Origin: Paraspadella gotoi
Taxonomy: Eukaryota > Animalia > Chaetognatha
Direction: 5' to 3'
DNA length: 64,000 nucleotides
NCBI GenBank assembly: GCA_051294375.1
Contig: CM119265.1
Location: forward strand, 8,626,772-8,690,771
In this document: positions 26,746 to 40,536 of the stretch, in pieces
Layout of the letters: every line of letters starts with the position of its first letter
Position numbering within the stretch: the first letter of the stretch is position 1
Position numbers and translations under genes: made by a program
The notes under the pieces: generated by a model
What the model saw: only the letters and a program-made list of their open reading frames with translations
Databases searched by the model: none
What the model was told of the DNA's origin: nothing

Positions 26746-26992
26746 TCGTCGTCTCCTTCTCGGTCTCCCATCGTTTTCTCTCTTTGTTTGCATCTTCCTT
26801 TTTTTTCAGCTTCCAAATTCTCTCCATCTTTTTCGATCATTAGATCCAGACTTTTCGCCTTGAATGCGAATAGATCTGCTTATAGAATTTTTTTTTTCAC
26901 TCTTTTTAAAACTCGAATATTTTTAAAAGACTTTTTTCCCTTTTTTTTTCGTTAAAGGAATATCACTCTCTTGTTCTCTTTACTTACTCTAT

Positions 26993-27077
<85 letters not shown>

Positions 27078-27997
27078 TTGTTCATTTATATATTTCTCTC
27101 TCCTCCTTTCATTCCTTTCTTTCTCCATCTTTCTCTCATTTTCACCATTCGCCCTCTCCACGTCTCCCTCACTTGTTGGCATGAAATAACTTTCACTTAA
27201 CTCACTGACCGTATTCGAGCGTGAATTCACTTCCGGCCGACCCCCCGCGAGAGATCCTTACCCGTTGCTTCGACAGTTGCCTCACCCGTGAGCTCACCAC
27301 CCAGAGACATTCCCGTCCGTTGCACGGTTTCTTTCCTGAGGAGAAACTCTCCGTGGACAAGCAAAGTTTCGCTCGGTCGGAGTTCGATAATAACAAAAAC
27401 GAAAGCAGAACGTCCACATACAATTACGATAAAATTATATATAATTATATAATTATCCCTCGCAACCCTTAAACTTTACCTCATTTATCTTTTCTATTTC
27501 CTAATGTTTTTTTTTCCTTTCTGATTCCCCCTTGTAACTTTTACCTTCCCCTCTTCCCCCTTTTCTCCCTTCTTCTTTTCCCCATTTCCCTTTTTCTCAC
27601 TTTCCACTTTTTTTTATGCCGTCCCCCGTTCACCTCAGACTCAACGTTTAGCCCTTACCATATCTCTTAATCCCCCTCAGAGCCTTTTACCTTTCTCATT
27701 TCCATCTCCCTCCCTCTTTCTTCCTTCCCCTCGTTTTCCACTTTCCCCTTTTGCTTTCCTACTTCCACCGTTCCACTTTTCGCTCTCCCGACGTTCTCAT
27801 TTCTCCTTATCCTCCCTTTACCTTTCTCGCTCTCCGATTCTACTTACTCCTTACCATTTTCTCTTCCCCCCCTATGCCTCTCTCTCTCCCACTCCGTCTC
27901 CTCTTTTAACTCCCACCCTCAAATTTCTCCTCTGCTTCGTTGTTCGTTCGACCGATAGGAAAGGAAAGGAGAGGAATCCCTCACGGGGCCGATGACC

Positions 27998-28057
<60 letters not shown>

Positions 28058-28215
28058 CCGGAGAGTGCGATTATTATTGCTTCCTGTCTTCGTAAAAAAG
28101 CCGTCATAGAAGGGAAGACCCCGCTGTCAAGTCATTCGCCCTCTCCGAAGAAGATTTGTTATTTTGGTCAATTTTCTTGTGGTCGTGACTTTTATGCTTT
28201 ATATCCGTATCTATA

Positions 28216-28251
<36 letters not shown>

Positions 28252-28846
28252 NNNNNNNNNNNNNNNNNNNNNNNNNNNNNNNNNNNNNNNNNNNNNNNNN
28301 NNNNNNNNNNNNNNNNNNNNNNNNNNNNNNNNNNNNNNNNNNNNNNNNNNNNNNNNNNNNNNNNNNNNNNNNNNNNNNNNNNNNNNNNNNNNNNNNNNNN
28401 NNNNNNNNNNNNNNNNNNNNNNNNNNNNNNNNNNNNNNNNNNNNNNNNNNNNNNNNNNNNNNNNNNNNNNNNNNNNNNNNNNNNNNNNNNNNNNNNNNNN
28501 NNNNNNNNNNNNNNNNNNNNNNNNNNNNNNNNNNNNNGCCCGGTCGACATCGTCGGCAGCTGTTACTGACTCCGGCTGCCGCCATCGGGTGGGGGGATGC
28601 CTCATGAGGCTGCCGCATCCCTGCCGCTGCGGTAGCAGAGGGCGCCGCTGCCGCGTGCGACCCNNNNNNNNNNNNNNNNNNNNNNNNNNNNNNNNNNNNN
28701 NNNNNNNNNNNNNNNNNNNNNNNNNNNNNNNNNNNNNNNNNNNNNNNNNNNNNNNNNNNNNNNNNNNNNNNNNNNNNNNNNNNNNNNNNNNNNNNNNNNN
28801 NNNNNNNNNNNNNNNNNNNNNNNNNNNNNNNNNNNNNNNNNNNNNN

Positions 28847-28882
<36 letters not shown>

Positions 28883-29433
28883 CACGAGGCTCCTGGTTTT
28901 CGTTTTCGGGATTCGTGAGCCCAAATTGGAGAAAGAGGATCAGGTGAAGTATTTTTGGAAAAAGTGAGAGTCGAGGGGTGAGATTGGAAAGGATTTTAAG
29001 ATCTCCGGTTAGAAAAACAGATCCTGTAAAATATTTTTAAATTATGTTCAATCTCGAAATATTGCAAATAAACTTGGTTTCATTTGAAAAAACTTTTTTT
29101 TTTTTATAAATATCGAAAATATACGAAGAAGTTTTACAGGTGTAAAAGAATTTGACAATCACTGTACAGTTCGTTTAATACTAAAATTTGATTTTTATAA
29201 GAACATTGAAAACTGAGTTTTTCAGAATTTTAGAGCACGCCAGAGAAAAGTAGGCGGAATAAAAAATAATTGGAAAAAGAAAATAAATATTTCATAGAAT
29301 CTCGAGGTTGAGTTGCGGGGGGAAGGGCTTCTCTTAGTTCCGTGCCTAATTCTCAATAAAATATCGAATATTCGCTCTCTCGTTCTCACTTCCTCTCGTG
29401 TCAGATATATTTTCATTTCCATTTTTGTTTCCA

Positions 29434-29496
<63 letters not shown>

Positions 29497-32400
29497 TCCC
29501 TCGGCTTAAATTCGTTTTTAACGTGATATTTTCCCCCGAATTTCCGAAGGGGTGGAACAAAAATTGAAAACTTAAAAAAATATAGAACAACCCAACCAAG
29601 GACGAAACTTTCCTCAGCTTTTGTTATTGATTCTTTTATTTTCTTTTTTTTTTTGTTTCGGAGGAAAGAGATTTAAAAATACATTTCCTTGGCAACGAGA
29701 CCGGTTGGGCGTTCCCTCGGCGATTAAATAAGGATCGAGNNNNNNNNNNNNNNNNNNNNNNNNNNNNNNNNNNNNNNNNNNNNNNNNNNNNNNNNNNNNN
29801 NNNNNNNNNNNNNNNNNNNNNNNNNNNNNNNNNNNNNNNNNNNNNNNNNNNNNNNNNNNNNNNNNNNNNNNNNNNNNNNNNNNNNNNNNNNNNNNNNNNN
29901 NNNNNNNNNNNNNNNNNNNNNNNNNNNNNNNNNNNNNNNNNNNNNNNNNNNNNNNNNNNNNNNNNNNNNNNNNNNNNNNNNNNNNNNNNNNNNNNNNNNN
30001 NNNNNNNNNNNNNNNNNNNNNNNNNNNNNNNNNNNNNNNNNNNNNNNNNNNNNNNNNNNNNNNNNNNNNNNNNNNNNNNNNNNNNNNNNNNNNNNNNNNN
30101 NNNNNNNNNNNNNNNCCGGTTGGGCGTTCCCTCGGCGATTAAATAAGGATCGAGATACAAGATCGACTACAACGTTGGTCAAGAGATAAGAAAATGTACT
30201 ACAAATACAATCCAAGGATCGAAGATCGATTTCTCTTCAAAATGGACCCCAATCGAGATTCGAGGGATGGGAAAAAGTTCCCTCGATCTTAATTCGGTTT
30301 AATGATGCGTGAGAGGCGACTTCGTGCGGCCCTGCACCATGAATGGGAAGGGGGAGCTGAGAGAGAGATGGGGAGAGGGAGAAAGAGAGTGAGAGAGAGA
30401 GACAGGGGTGAGAGATAAAGNNNNNNNNNNNNNNNNNNNNNNNNNNNNNNNNNNNNNNNNNNNNNNNNNNNNNNNNNNNNNNNNNNNNNNNNNNNNNNNN
30501 NNNNNNNNNNNNNNNNNNNNNNNNNNNNNNNNNNNNNNNNNNNNNNNNNNNNNNNNNNNNNNNNNNNNNNNNNNNNNNNNNNNNNNNNNNNNNNNNNNNN
30601 NNNNNNNNNNNNNNNNNNNNNNNNNNNNNNNNNNNNNNNNNNNNNNNNNNNNNNNNNNNNNNNNNNNNNNNNNNNNNNNNNNNNNNNNNNNNNNNNNNNN
30701 NNNNNNNNNNNNNNNNNNNNNNNNNNNNNNNNNNNNNNNNNNNNNNNNNNNNNNAGAAAGAAAGAAAGAAAGAAAGAGAGAAAGAAAGAAAGAGCAAAGG
30801 TCGTCAGTTATTTTTGAGGCCAAGCAAATCTGACCATGACGTTTGCAACGAGGAACCGTGGAGACTTTTCTTTTCTTTTTTCTTTTTTTCTTTTTTTCTT
30901 TTTCTTTTTCGCTTTTGATCTTTGAGTCGAAAACCTTTTTCTTTCGCTCCGTCGAATCTCATCCTCTTTCGAACTCGAAGAGAAGGTTGACCGGACAGAG
31001 GAAACTCGGTCGGTCAAAGGAGAAGTGGGGAGAGGGGGGGGTGAAAAGTAAGGGTCGAGTTAGGGCGTGAAAGAGTATGGGGAGTGAAAGAAGGAAGGGT
31101 CGAAAGATGAAACGGGGCAGTAGAATGGATCGGGGGTGATGGAGAGTCGGAGAGTGAAAAAGAAGGTTTGGGGGGTGAAAGAGGTCCGAGGGTTAAAAGT
31201 AAAAGGTTCGATGGGTATGAAAGAGAATTAAAGAGAATGAAAGTTGGTTTGGAAAAGAAATTCGGGGAGAAGGCTAAAACAGGTTATTGTAAGAATCGGG
31301 GGTGCCAAGTAAAATCGGGGGTGACAAGTTAAAATTATCGGTGTGATGTAAAAGTGAGTCATAGAGTGAAAAGCGAGAACCACAAAAAGATGAAGGTAAG
31401 GGTCGTGTAAGCGTGAAAGAGAAAGTGAAAGGGATCTTCCCTGATGCAAGAGAGTGGCGGGATGAAGACTCGCCGCAATTCCGGCGCAACCATCGTCTTC
31501 ACAATACGATTCTGCAGACCAGTCGGACCACCGAGGCAGACTTGCTCCTCGATCCGATTTGCAGCGAAGAGTCGATAACGGATAATAGTCTTACGGATCA
31601 CGTCGTAAGAGGAGTATGAATTGAAATGGAGCTCAGACTATCAAGAAATACGGTGCGGTACAGTCTTGCATCGTAGTATTAGTGAAGTAATTTTGAGCGT
31701 CATACTTTATTCGTACTGGGTAAAGTATGACGTGGTATTTTAAATAATTACTATTTTGATTTTTTTTAAATACTATGTAGTACAAAAATAGAAATAAAAA
31801 GCCTTAATACTCTGAATCGAAACAAATTGCTAAGCAAAACTTAATTTTACTACCATCAGCAACGTTGATCATCCTCGTTGTATCGCCAAGTTTCCATCCC
31901 CAGGATTGGCCATATTTTTCAAAAGCGCTCCGTTTCACCTAAAATCTNNNNNNNNNNNNNNNNNNNNNNNNNATCTAAAAATTAATAATTAATTTGTAAG
32001 TTTAGGTGAAAAATATAGGTAGAGGTTCAAAGGATTGAGATTATGTCTAGGGATTATGGTTATGAGTTAGGAATTAGATTAGGTAGGAAATTAAAGAGTA
32101 TGGTTCGCATTAGATAAACTATTATAATAAGATATATAAAAGTTAAAAATTAAGATCAGGTTTAGGAAACAGAATGTAGGCGCCTTCGGAACATAGTGCC
32201 ACAGGATTAGGGGCCAATGGGCAGAGGAACGACGAAGAAACTGACTTGGCTGGGAACGACGCGTTTGATCAAAAGGGGGTAAGAAAAAAAAAATGCTGAT
32301 TGGATGAAGGAGGCGTTGAATGAAGCAATCATCTGCAATGAAAACCGAGGCGTTGGGGATCAGGCCATGCTGCTGTCAACGATACGCGAAAGGTTTAGAT

Positions 32401-33276
32401 TCTTTGTTTAGGATGTTTCTTTAATTGTATGATTGTGCTCTGATGAAATTTGACAAGTTGATATTTTCCATATAATGTTAATGAAAAATACAACTGTAGT
32501 TAGTAATTAGATTATAAATACGATTGGTTTTAGCCATTTTCGTCATAATGCTTACTATTTGCGGTTATCAGGAAATTAAAATTTATCGGAATTCGAAACT
32601 AAAAAGTTAAACGATAAGAAAAGGGATATCTCTCGGTGCTGATTAGCTCGACAAAGAAAACAAAATGAAAATTGAAAAAAGATAAGAGAATCCGCCAGGC
32701 GACCGATCTTCCCAGCATTAAGACGCTATTATAATTAGTAAGAAAGAAAAAAACCAAAAGAAAAGAAAAAGATGAAGAAGAAGAAAAAAAAAAGGTTTAA
32801 GTCGGCGGTCTTGACTCCCTCGACGATAGAATTTTTGCTCCCGACTTTCCGGAGATTGAATTGTCGATGCTTCGTTATGTGAAAAAAGAAGGAGGTTTTG
32901 GGAATTGCGCACCGAGTCTGTCTTCGGGGCAAGCTTGGGTGGAAGTGGGTGGAGAGGGGAGAGAGTGGAAGGGTTGGGGATGGAAGGGTTGGGGAAGCGA
33001 GGGATTGAAGAAAAAGTGGGAGAGAGGGGTGAGGATGAGAGGGCGAGGGAAGGTCGAGGAGGTGAGAGAGAAAGAGAGATGAGGGAGAGGATTGGGTGGA
33101 GGAGGAGGGAGAGGGGTAGGGTGAGGTGAAGAGAGTGAGGTGAGTAGTGAGTGAGGGGGAGAGGAGAGTAGAGGAGAGAGAGAGGAGGGCGAGGAGAGGA
33201 TCATCTGTATGAAAGGTGCGACTAAGGAGTATTGAAGTGCGTTTGTGCGAGAGCGTCGCGGTGGGGGGGGGAAGCG

Positions 33277-34886
33277 AACTAATCAAGAAGCAATGTTACA
33301 GTTTCGCACAGGAACGATATAAATACAGAGTGTGTCGGTGTGAGCTCGTTCATGCGCTGAAGTAAGCCGCAGGGGTTGAGTGTCAGCTGGAAGAGCGTAC
33401 AACAAATAGTGGCGAGTTGAAAAGATGATAGAAGCAAAATGGGTGTAGAAAGTAATAAATAGCGAAATTAAGGAGAAAAACCTCTATGGGAATGGGTCCT
33501 GCCGTCGGACGGAGATGAGAGCGTTTTTTGCGAGATTAACTGCCGGCGCCGGTCCGAGGGGTTTATGGGGCGAAAGAACTAAGGCGCCCATTGTGGTTGG
33601 TAGGAGGAGGGGAAGAGTGAGGGGCGAGCAAGAAAATTGCCAAGAAGAGGAAAATGACAAACTGAGAGAAGCTGAGCGGAAATTTGGAATATTGATTATT
33701 CAAAGAAATTGGGCACCGCTGGGGCCAAGAAGCCATAATGATGCAGAATTAGAATTACATGAATGATTTTGTTAATGCACAAGTTTTATAACTGAACAGA
33801 AATATCATCCGTCATATACATTCTATATTCCCTGCAAAGGAATGAGGAAAGGAAGGAAAGAAAGAAAGAGCGCATGAAAAAATAGAAAGAAGAGACATAG
33901 AAAGAAAGAGAGACGAAAAAAGAAAGAGTAAGAAAAGAAAGAAATGAAAGAAGAAAAGATCAAGAAAGAAGGAAATGAATTAGTTAGAGAAACAGATTGA
34001 ATAAAAGGACAGAGAAAAGGAAAAAGTAACAGTGAAAAAGATAAAAAACGTAAAGGCGTAAAAAAAGAAGCCGGAACGTCCCGCAAGCCAGGGACGGACG
34101 GATTTTTATGGTCGGACGGGCGAGAGTGACCTGAGGGTCGAAAGGGGTACTCACAATCATTTGCGACTTAATAAAAATCCTCATTTTCTTGTGCGACCAC
34201 TTGGCGCGAAATCTGGGAAAAAAAGAGAGAGAGAGAGAGGAGAGAAGAGAGAGAGAGAGAGGAGAGAGAAGAGAGAGAGAGAGCGAGAGAGATCATCTTA
34301 TGGAAATCGACTAAGATATGAAGCTCTTTTCAGACTCGCGGTAACAACTAATCAAGAAGCAATTTAATTTCCACAAACGATATAATAAATTTTGTCGTTC
34401 ATGCCTGAAGTAAGCCAGTTGAGTGTCACTGAGAGACGTACAACAAATATGCGAGTGAAAAGATGATAAACAAAAATGTTAAAATAAATAAATTAGCGAA
34501 ATTAAGGAGGAAAACCGCAATGAATTCCTCCGTCGACGGAGATGAAGCTTTTTCGAATTAACTCGGCCGGCGCCGTCCAGGTTTATGGGCGAAAACTAAC
34601 GCCATTGTTTTAGAGAGGGAAATGAGGGGCGAGAAGAAAATGCAAGAAGAGGAAAATGACAAACTGAGAGAAGCTGAGCGGAAATTTGGAATTTGATTAT
34701 TTCAAAGAAATTGGAAGAAGAATAATGATGCAGAATTAGAATTACATGATGATTTTGTTTAATAGCAAAGTTTTGATAATGTAACAGGAAATATCATCCT
34801 CATATACATTCTATATTCCGCAACAGGAATGAGGAAAGAAGGAAAGAAAGAAAGAGAAAAAAAGAAAGAAAGAAAGAAAGAAAGAG

Positions 34887-34921
<35 letters not shown>

Positions 34922-35155
34922 AGGAAAGAATTAGTTAGAAACAATTGATAAAAGGACAGAAGAAAAAGGGAAAAAGTAAAGAAAAAAGATAAAAAACGTA
35001 AGGCGTAAAAAAGAGCCGGAACGTCCCGCAAAGGGACGGACGGATTTATGATCGGACGGGCGAGAGTGACTGAGGGTCGAAGGGACTCACAATCATTTGA
35101 GACTTAATAAAAAATCCTCATTTTCTTTTGGACACTTGGCGCGAAATCTGGGAAA
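33277..35155. repeat. Tandem duplication (33277-~34221 vs 34346-35155)
   Basis: AACTAATCAAGAAGCAAT...GGCGCGAAATCTGGGAAA is present twice. The first copy is insertion-rich; the second ends at an N gap. Confidence 0.9.
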
Positions 35156-35579
35156 NNNNNNNNNNNNNNNNNNNNNNNNNNNNNNNNNNNNNNNNNNNNN
35201 NNNNNNNNNNNNNNNNNNNNNNNNNNNNNNNNNNNNNNNNNNNNNNNNNNNNNNNNNNNNNNNNNNNNNNNNNNNNNNNNNNNNNNNNNNNNNNNNNNNN
35301 NNNNNNNNNNNNNNNNNNNNNNNNNNNNNNNNNNNNNNNNNNNNNNNNNNNNNNNNNNNNNNNNNNNNNNNNNNNNNNNNNNNNNNNNNNNNNNNNNNNN
35401 NNNNNNNNNNNNNNNNNNNNNNNNNNNNNNNNNNNNNNNNNNNNTCTCTGTCCACCCCGGACCCCGTCGGGATCCAACGGCCCACTTTTACTGCTTCGTC
35501 TTCAAACTAACGACGGGATGAAAAAAAAACGAGGTTCTGGGACCGAAGAGAATTGAGAGCGACGACACTTGACGCGAGA

Positions 35580-35601
35580 TCACGTGAGCCTAATCACGTG
35601 A
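35580..35601. promoter_or_regulatory. Tandem TCACGTGA E-boxes (bHLH-ZIP/CLEAR-type)
   Basis: TCACGTGA at 35580-35587 and 35594-35601 in a GC-richer island. Confidence 0.3.
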
Positions 35602-37301
35602 TCGAGGCGAAAGGATTTCCCATGGCCGGGGGTGAGTGAGATTTAAGAAAGAAAACGAACCGCGCCAACTCGGAGGTGAGGCAGCATCCGGATGTGAAGT
35701 GATTGGGTGGAGGGAAAAAGTAACTTACTTCATGGGAAAATGTGAATCGGCGAGTGATCGGCGGTCTGAGATGTGAAGAGGTTCGATCTGCCTCCCGAAA
35801 GTGAATTTAATTTTTGATGGATCAGGAAAAACACAGGGTGAAAAATAAAGGTTTTCAAATAAGTGTCAACAGTCCAAACACTTAACTGTTTCAATGCATC
35901 ATTCTTCGTTTAAAATCGACGCGAATCATATTTAAATNNNNNNNNNNNNNNNNNNNNNNNNNTCTCAGCTTCGGAATTGGGCCATCGAAACGACACTTCT
36001 CTCTCTCTCTAGGAGTTACGTCGTTCTTAGGAACATCGAGGAAGACTTTTTCATGGAGATTTTGTTAAAAATCGACTACCAAATAATGTCAACGCCCCTG
36101 GGAAAAATTCAGGTAAAAAATAGATGTTAAAAAACACTCGATTCCGTCCTGTGCATCTGAAGGCTCCGCATTTTTTTTCTCTTGACAAATAAAACCACAT
36201 TTTGACATCGTAACCCATTCAATTCAAAGTGGACTGCGTCCGCTCGGGAAAATATTTTTGACGCAATTTTTATATATAAAATAAAGGGATTTCTCAACTT
36301 CATACAATGTCTAACGCATAATGTATGTTGTCATTTTACAATAAACTTCGAATTCAGGAGGAATCCGAATAGCAATATGTTGAAGGGCTCTCAAAATTTT
36401 TCTTTACATTTCATTTGGTTATTTTAATATGATACATCATGTTAAATGAATTAGTCCAATTTTGGTGAATTTTTATTTAAAGTAAAAGTAAAAAGAGCTA
36501 ACGATTCGGAATTCTAAGAGTTTTCAAACGGAGTCAGATTCGGAAAAAATCTTATATGGCGAAAATCTTCCAAAGAAGTGGGTGGATTTCCGAAGCATTT
36601 TGGTTATAATATTTTTCTAATTTATGGTCGGATTTTTTTGAAACATAAATAGCAATATTGCCATCTTTCTTACATGTGCGGTCAAAGAATATATTAAAAA
36701 AACCTCTGACTTTTTTCGTCAGAGCTTAGTGCCTACTCTCTCTCTCTCTCTTCTCTCCCTCTCTCATCTTCTCTCTCTCTTCTCTCTCTCTCTCTTCCTC
36801 TCTCTCTCTTCCACAATTCGTATTCCTTCTTGTGCAGGGTTGTGCTTCCGCCGAAAGAATTCCAAGTTTTAATTTTCAATCTTTCGTATTTTAACATTTT
36901 CAAATGTCCGAGCGAAGAAATAGAGAAGAGAGAAAAAAAAAAATATTTTCTTTTTTTCCAGATTTCGAAAATATGGTTTTTGAGCTCGATGTTTTTGAAA
37001 AGGAGGAAGGGAGAGAGAGGGCAGGGACCAAGTTAGAGAAATGGGAGAGGGTGGAAATGAAGGAGTAAGGGTTAGAAGGGTAGGTTGCGAGTCAAAGTGG
37101 GACGATCTACGGTAGAAATAAACAGGATGACGACGAGGAGGAGAAAAAGTTTTAATCAATTCGTAGAATTAAATCTGAAGAATCTTAGTAGTTGTATTCA
37201 TCGATACGAGGGAGAGATTTTTTTTTTTTCAAACCACACGCTTCGTACCCCGCGGGCAAAACGCGCCAACCTTTTCTTATCGAAACCCCATAGCTCTCTC
37301 T

Positions 37302-37338
<37 letters not shown>

Positions 37339-39070
37339 CACCCCATGCCCCGGGGGCAATACCCCCTCTCGCTCTCGATCTTCTCCCTAATTCTTTGTTT
37401 TCTACTCATTCATCACAACAGGAGCCTCGCGATCGTCTGTCGTCGTTCGTCGTCGTCGTCGTCATTCGTCCGTCGTCTGCAGTTGATCGCCGATCGAGAT
37501 TAGACTTTTCTGTGTCGCGATTCTTTTTATTTCTTTTTATTTTCAGTCGATGAAATTAAACTCGTTGTCTTCTTTTGTTGTCGTTGTTTTGTGAGGACGA
37601 GCAGGGACCGACGAGATTGGTAGATCGCGGGCTTTGATCTATTTTGTATTGTATGTCGAGGACTTGTGTCTCGGTCCGTCGCCGTCCGTTGTGTCTCTAA
37701 TTGTGCGACAGTCGGGTTCAAAAGACAAATCTTCTTCACGTTATGAATAAACTCACGCTGACAACCTGAAAAAGCTTAAGAGCACTCAGGTCGGGCCAAT
37801 CGCTGAAGCTAACAAAAAAAGATCCATTTGTCTGTAAATCAGTCGAGGAGAGGACAGCACTCTTGCGGCCACGTCAGCAACTGTTTGGTTTAAAAATTCC
37901 CGCGACGTTGCTTTTTTGTATTATGTTTGTTTGTATGTTTTTTTGTGTTGTTTTTTTCCGTTTCCTATTTCCGCTTGTTCGCGTTTTTGTCGCCCTTTTT
38001 TTTCTTCTTTCCCACCCCGATGACCCGGTTATCGTCAACCAACAAACTCGGTTGTCAAAATCCCAAAATGAAAAAAAAATAAAAATCATAAAACGTGACA
38101 GGCATCTCTTTATATACTTAGATTTCGATTAAAATCGCGAAACGAATGGGTCTCTTCGCAAAAAAAAAAAAGTCGAAAAAAAAGTAGGAATATAAATTAA
38201 ACATACCATTACATACATACATAAACATACATACATATAAATTAACCACACACATAAAAAATGAGAAAAATCAGGCGGTCGCTCCCGCCGCCTTGCGGAA
38301 TTCGTCATCTCGAGAGATGCCGTCATAAATCCACTCATTCTACTATCTTCGACTATCAGAGTAAAAAGAGGAAAGAAAAGAAATTGAAAACAAGATCGGT
38401 TTCATCCAATGAGTTGCCGCCGAAGTGACTTTATTCTTTCTCGTGACATTGACATGGACATAACGCGACATGACGTTTGAAAGTTTTCTTTAGTCTGACA
38501 AGCACCTGCATTTCGGAATTCCGTCTTATTATTCTTTTATAGTTTAGGATTTCTACGACCCGATCGACCGATCAACCGATCGACGACCGACCGACCGACC
38601 GACCGGCCGGACCGACCGACCGACAGGACGGGACAGGAACCGAACCGACCGTACGTCCTTGCTCTCTATCACTACTAATCTCGTTCGCCCCATTCCATCT
38701 CTACATATTTTTCGATGAGAAGAAAGAAAAAAAACAGAAGGAAAACATTACTACTACTACGATTTCTCTCTCTCTCTCGTGTCTTGTCTCTCTCTCTCTC
38801 TCTCTCTCTCCTCTCCTCTGCGACGACGCATCCCCACAAACCATTTTTCGAACGACGGTCGGTTATAGCTTAAACGAACCGGGCGTTTGACAAGATTATA
38901 ACAGTTAGCTCAAGTCCGAATCAAACGTTAATTATGAATAGAGTCAGATGTTTAAGATATTAAATAGACAATATTCATTAATTAATCCCCACTATTCTCG
39001 CCATCGACAGATCAATCTCCCTTTTTCTTCCCGTTCACATTTTACTCCGAACCGGAGATAGATAGAGAGG

Positions 39071-39126
<56 letters not shown>

Positions 39127-40536
39127 ATGAAGAGAGATGAGAGAGAGAAAATAAGCCTTCATTTTTGCGGCTCTTTCGTGTTTTTCTTTATCTCAGCGAC
39201 GAAGTCTGGCTTGTGTTGTTAACAAAGGATTTCTTCCACCACTTTCCCCCTCCCTCTCTTCCCCTCCCTCTCTTCCCCTCCCTCTCTTTCTTCTCGCCTT
39301 CTTGCTTCTCCCCTACCCTCTCTCACGTCCCACCTACTCTCTTTCCCTTATTTCTTCTTTCAACTCACTTAGTCTCACCTTGCGTCCTTACTTTCCCATC
39401 TCCTTTCTCTCCCTTTTTTCCATCCTTCCTCCTTTCTTCTCCTTCTTTCCTCCCTTTCTCCCTTCCCCTCTCTCTCTCCCCCTCTCCGCTACCGTTCGAA
39501 AACGAATCGAGTTATCATGATGAACGAACCAAAGACAGGAAATATCTTCACTAGTATTTTTTTTTCTCTCTCCTCTTATTTTAGATCTTCCTCTTTCCTT
39601 CTTCTCCTTCCTCCTCCCGCTCTTCTCCGGGATAACATGGTTGTTCGACATCTCACTTTCCCAGAGGAGTATTTTTTTATTTATCTGGCTCCTCTTCCTC
39701 CTCCGCCGGATATTTCAGCACCCTTCTCCTCCATCCTCTTCCACGGCTACCCATCTCCCCCCCTTCGACCATGGACTCCTGGGCGAGGGAGAGAAAGAAA
39801 AAAAGCGACGAACAAACGACGACGACGATCCCGACGACTACCTTTGTCTGGGCCGCAGGGGCTTGTTCCTCTTCCTCGTTCCGCTCTTCCTCCCCTCTTC
39901 CAAAACCACCTCCTTTTCTCCTGCCACCACCCGAAAACAGACACAATCACTCACCCCACGCTCATTCCCGACTCATCCTTTTTCGATCTTCTCGGACTCA
40001 CTCCCTCTTCCTCTTCCTTCTCCCACCCTCCCGGGTATAAAAAAGGGGATTCGCTGACGAGGGGTTTCATATCACCATTTCTCTTTCGTGTCTTCTTGCT
40101 CTCTCTCTCTTTCTCTGTCTCGTCTCTCTCTCCTCTCCCGCCAAAACCGAGAGAATTTCTCAAATTCCTCGTGATAACATCATATTTTGTTATATTTTGA
40201 ATTCGTCGTTTCCTTACCGAATTTAAATCCTTCAAAACAAAAAACAAAACAAACAAGAAATATTCCAAACACTCATCCCAAATTTCATCGTGGATTTAAA
40301 TAAATATAAAACAAGACTGCTCTTCTCTCGTTTTTCCCACTTACTAATCCTCCTCGTCTTCGATGTTTTTTTTTAATTCAAATTTTCCCTCCAATAAATA
40401 AAAGAAAATACAAAAATGATAACAAGAAAACTCGATTAAAAATCCTCCATCGATCGCCTTTTTTTTCTCTTCCGCCGAAAACTTTTCCCACCACAGATCA
40501 TATCTTCGCCTCCGCCCCCCCCCACGCCTTCAAAGA

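Noticed and set aside
24371-35556. ORFs running through N gaps and (GA)n/(CAT)n tracts
   Set aside because: Artefacts of Ns and microsatellites.
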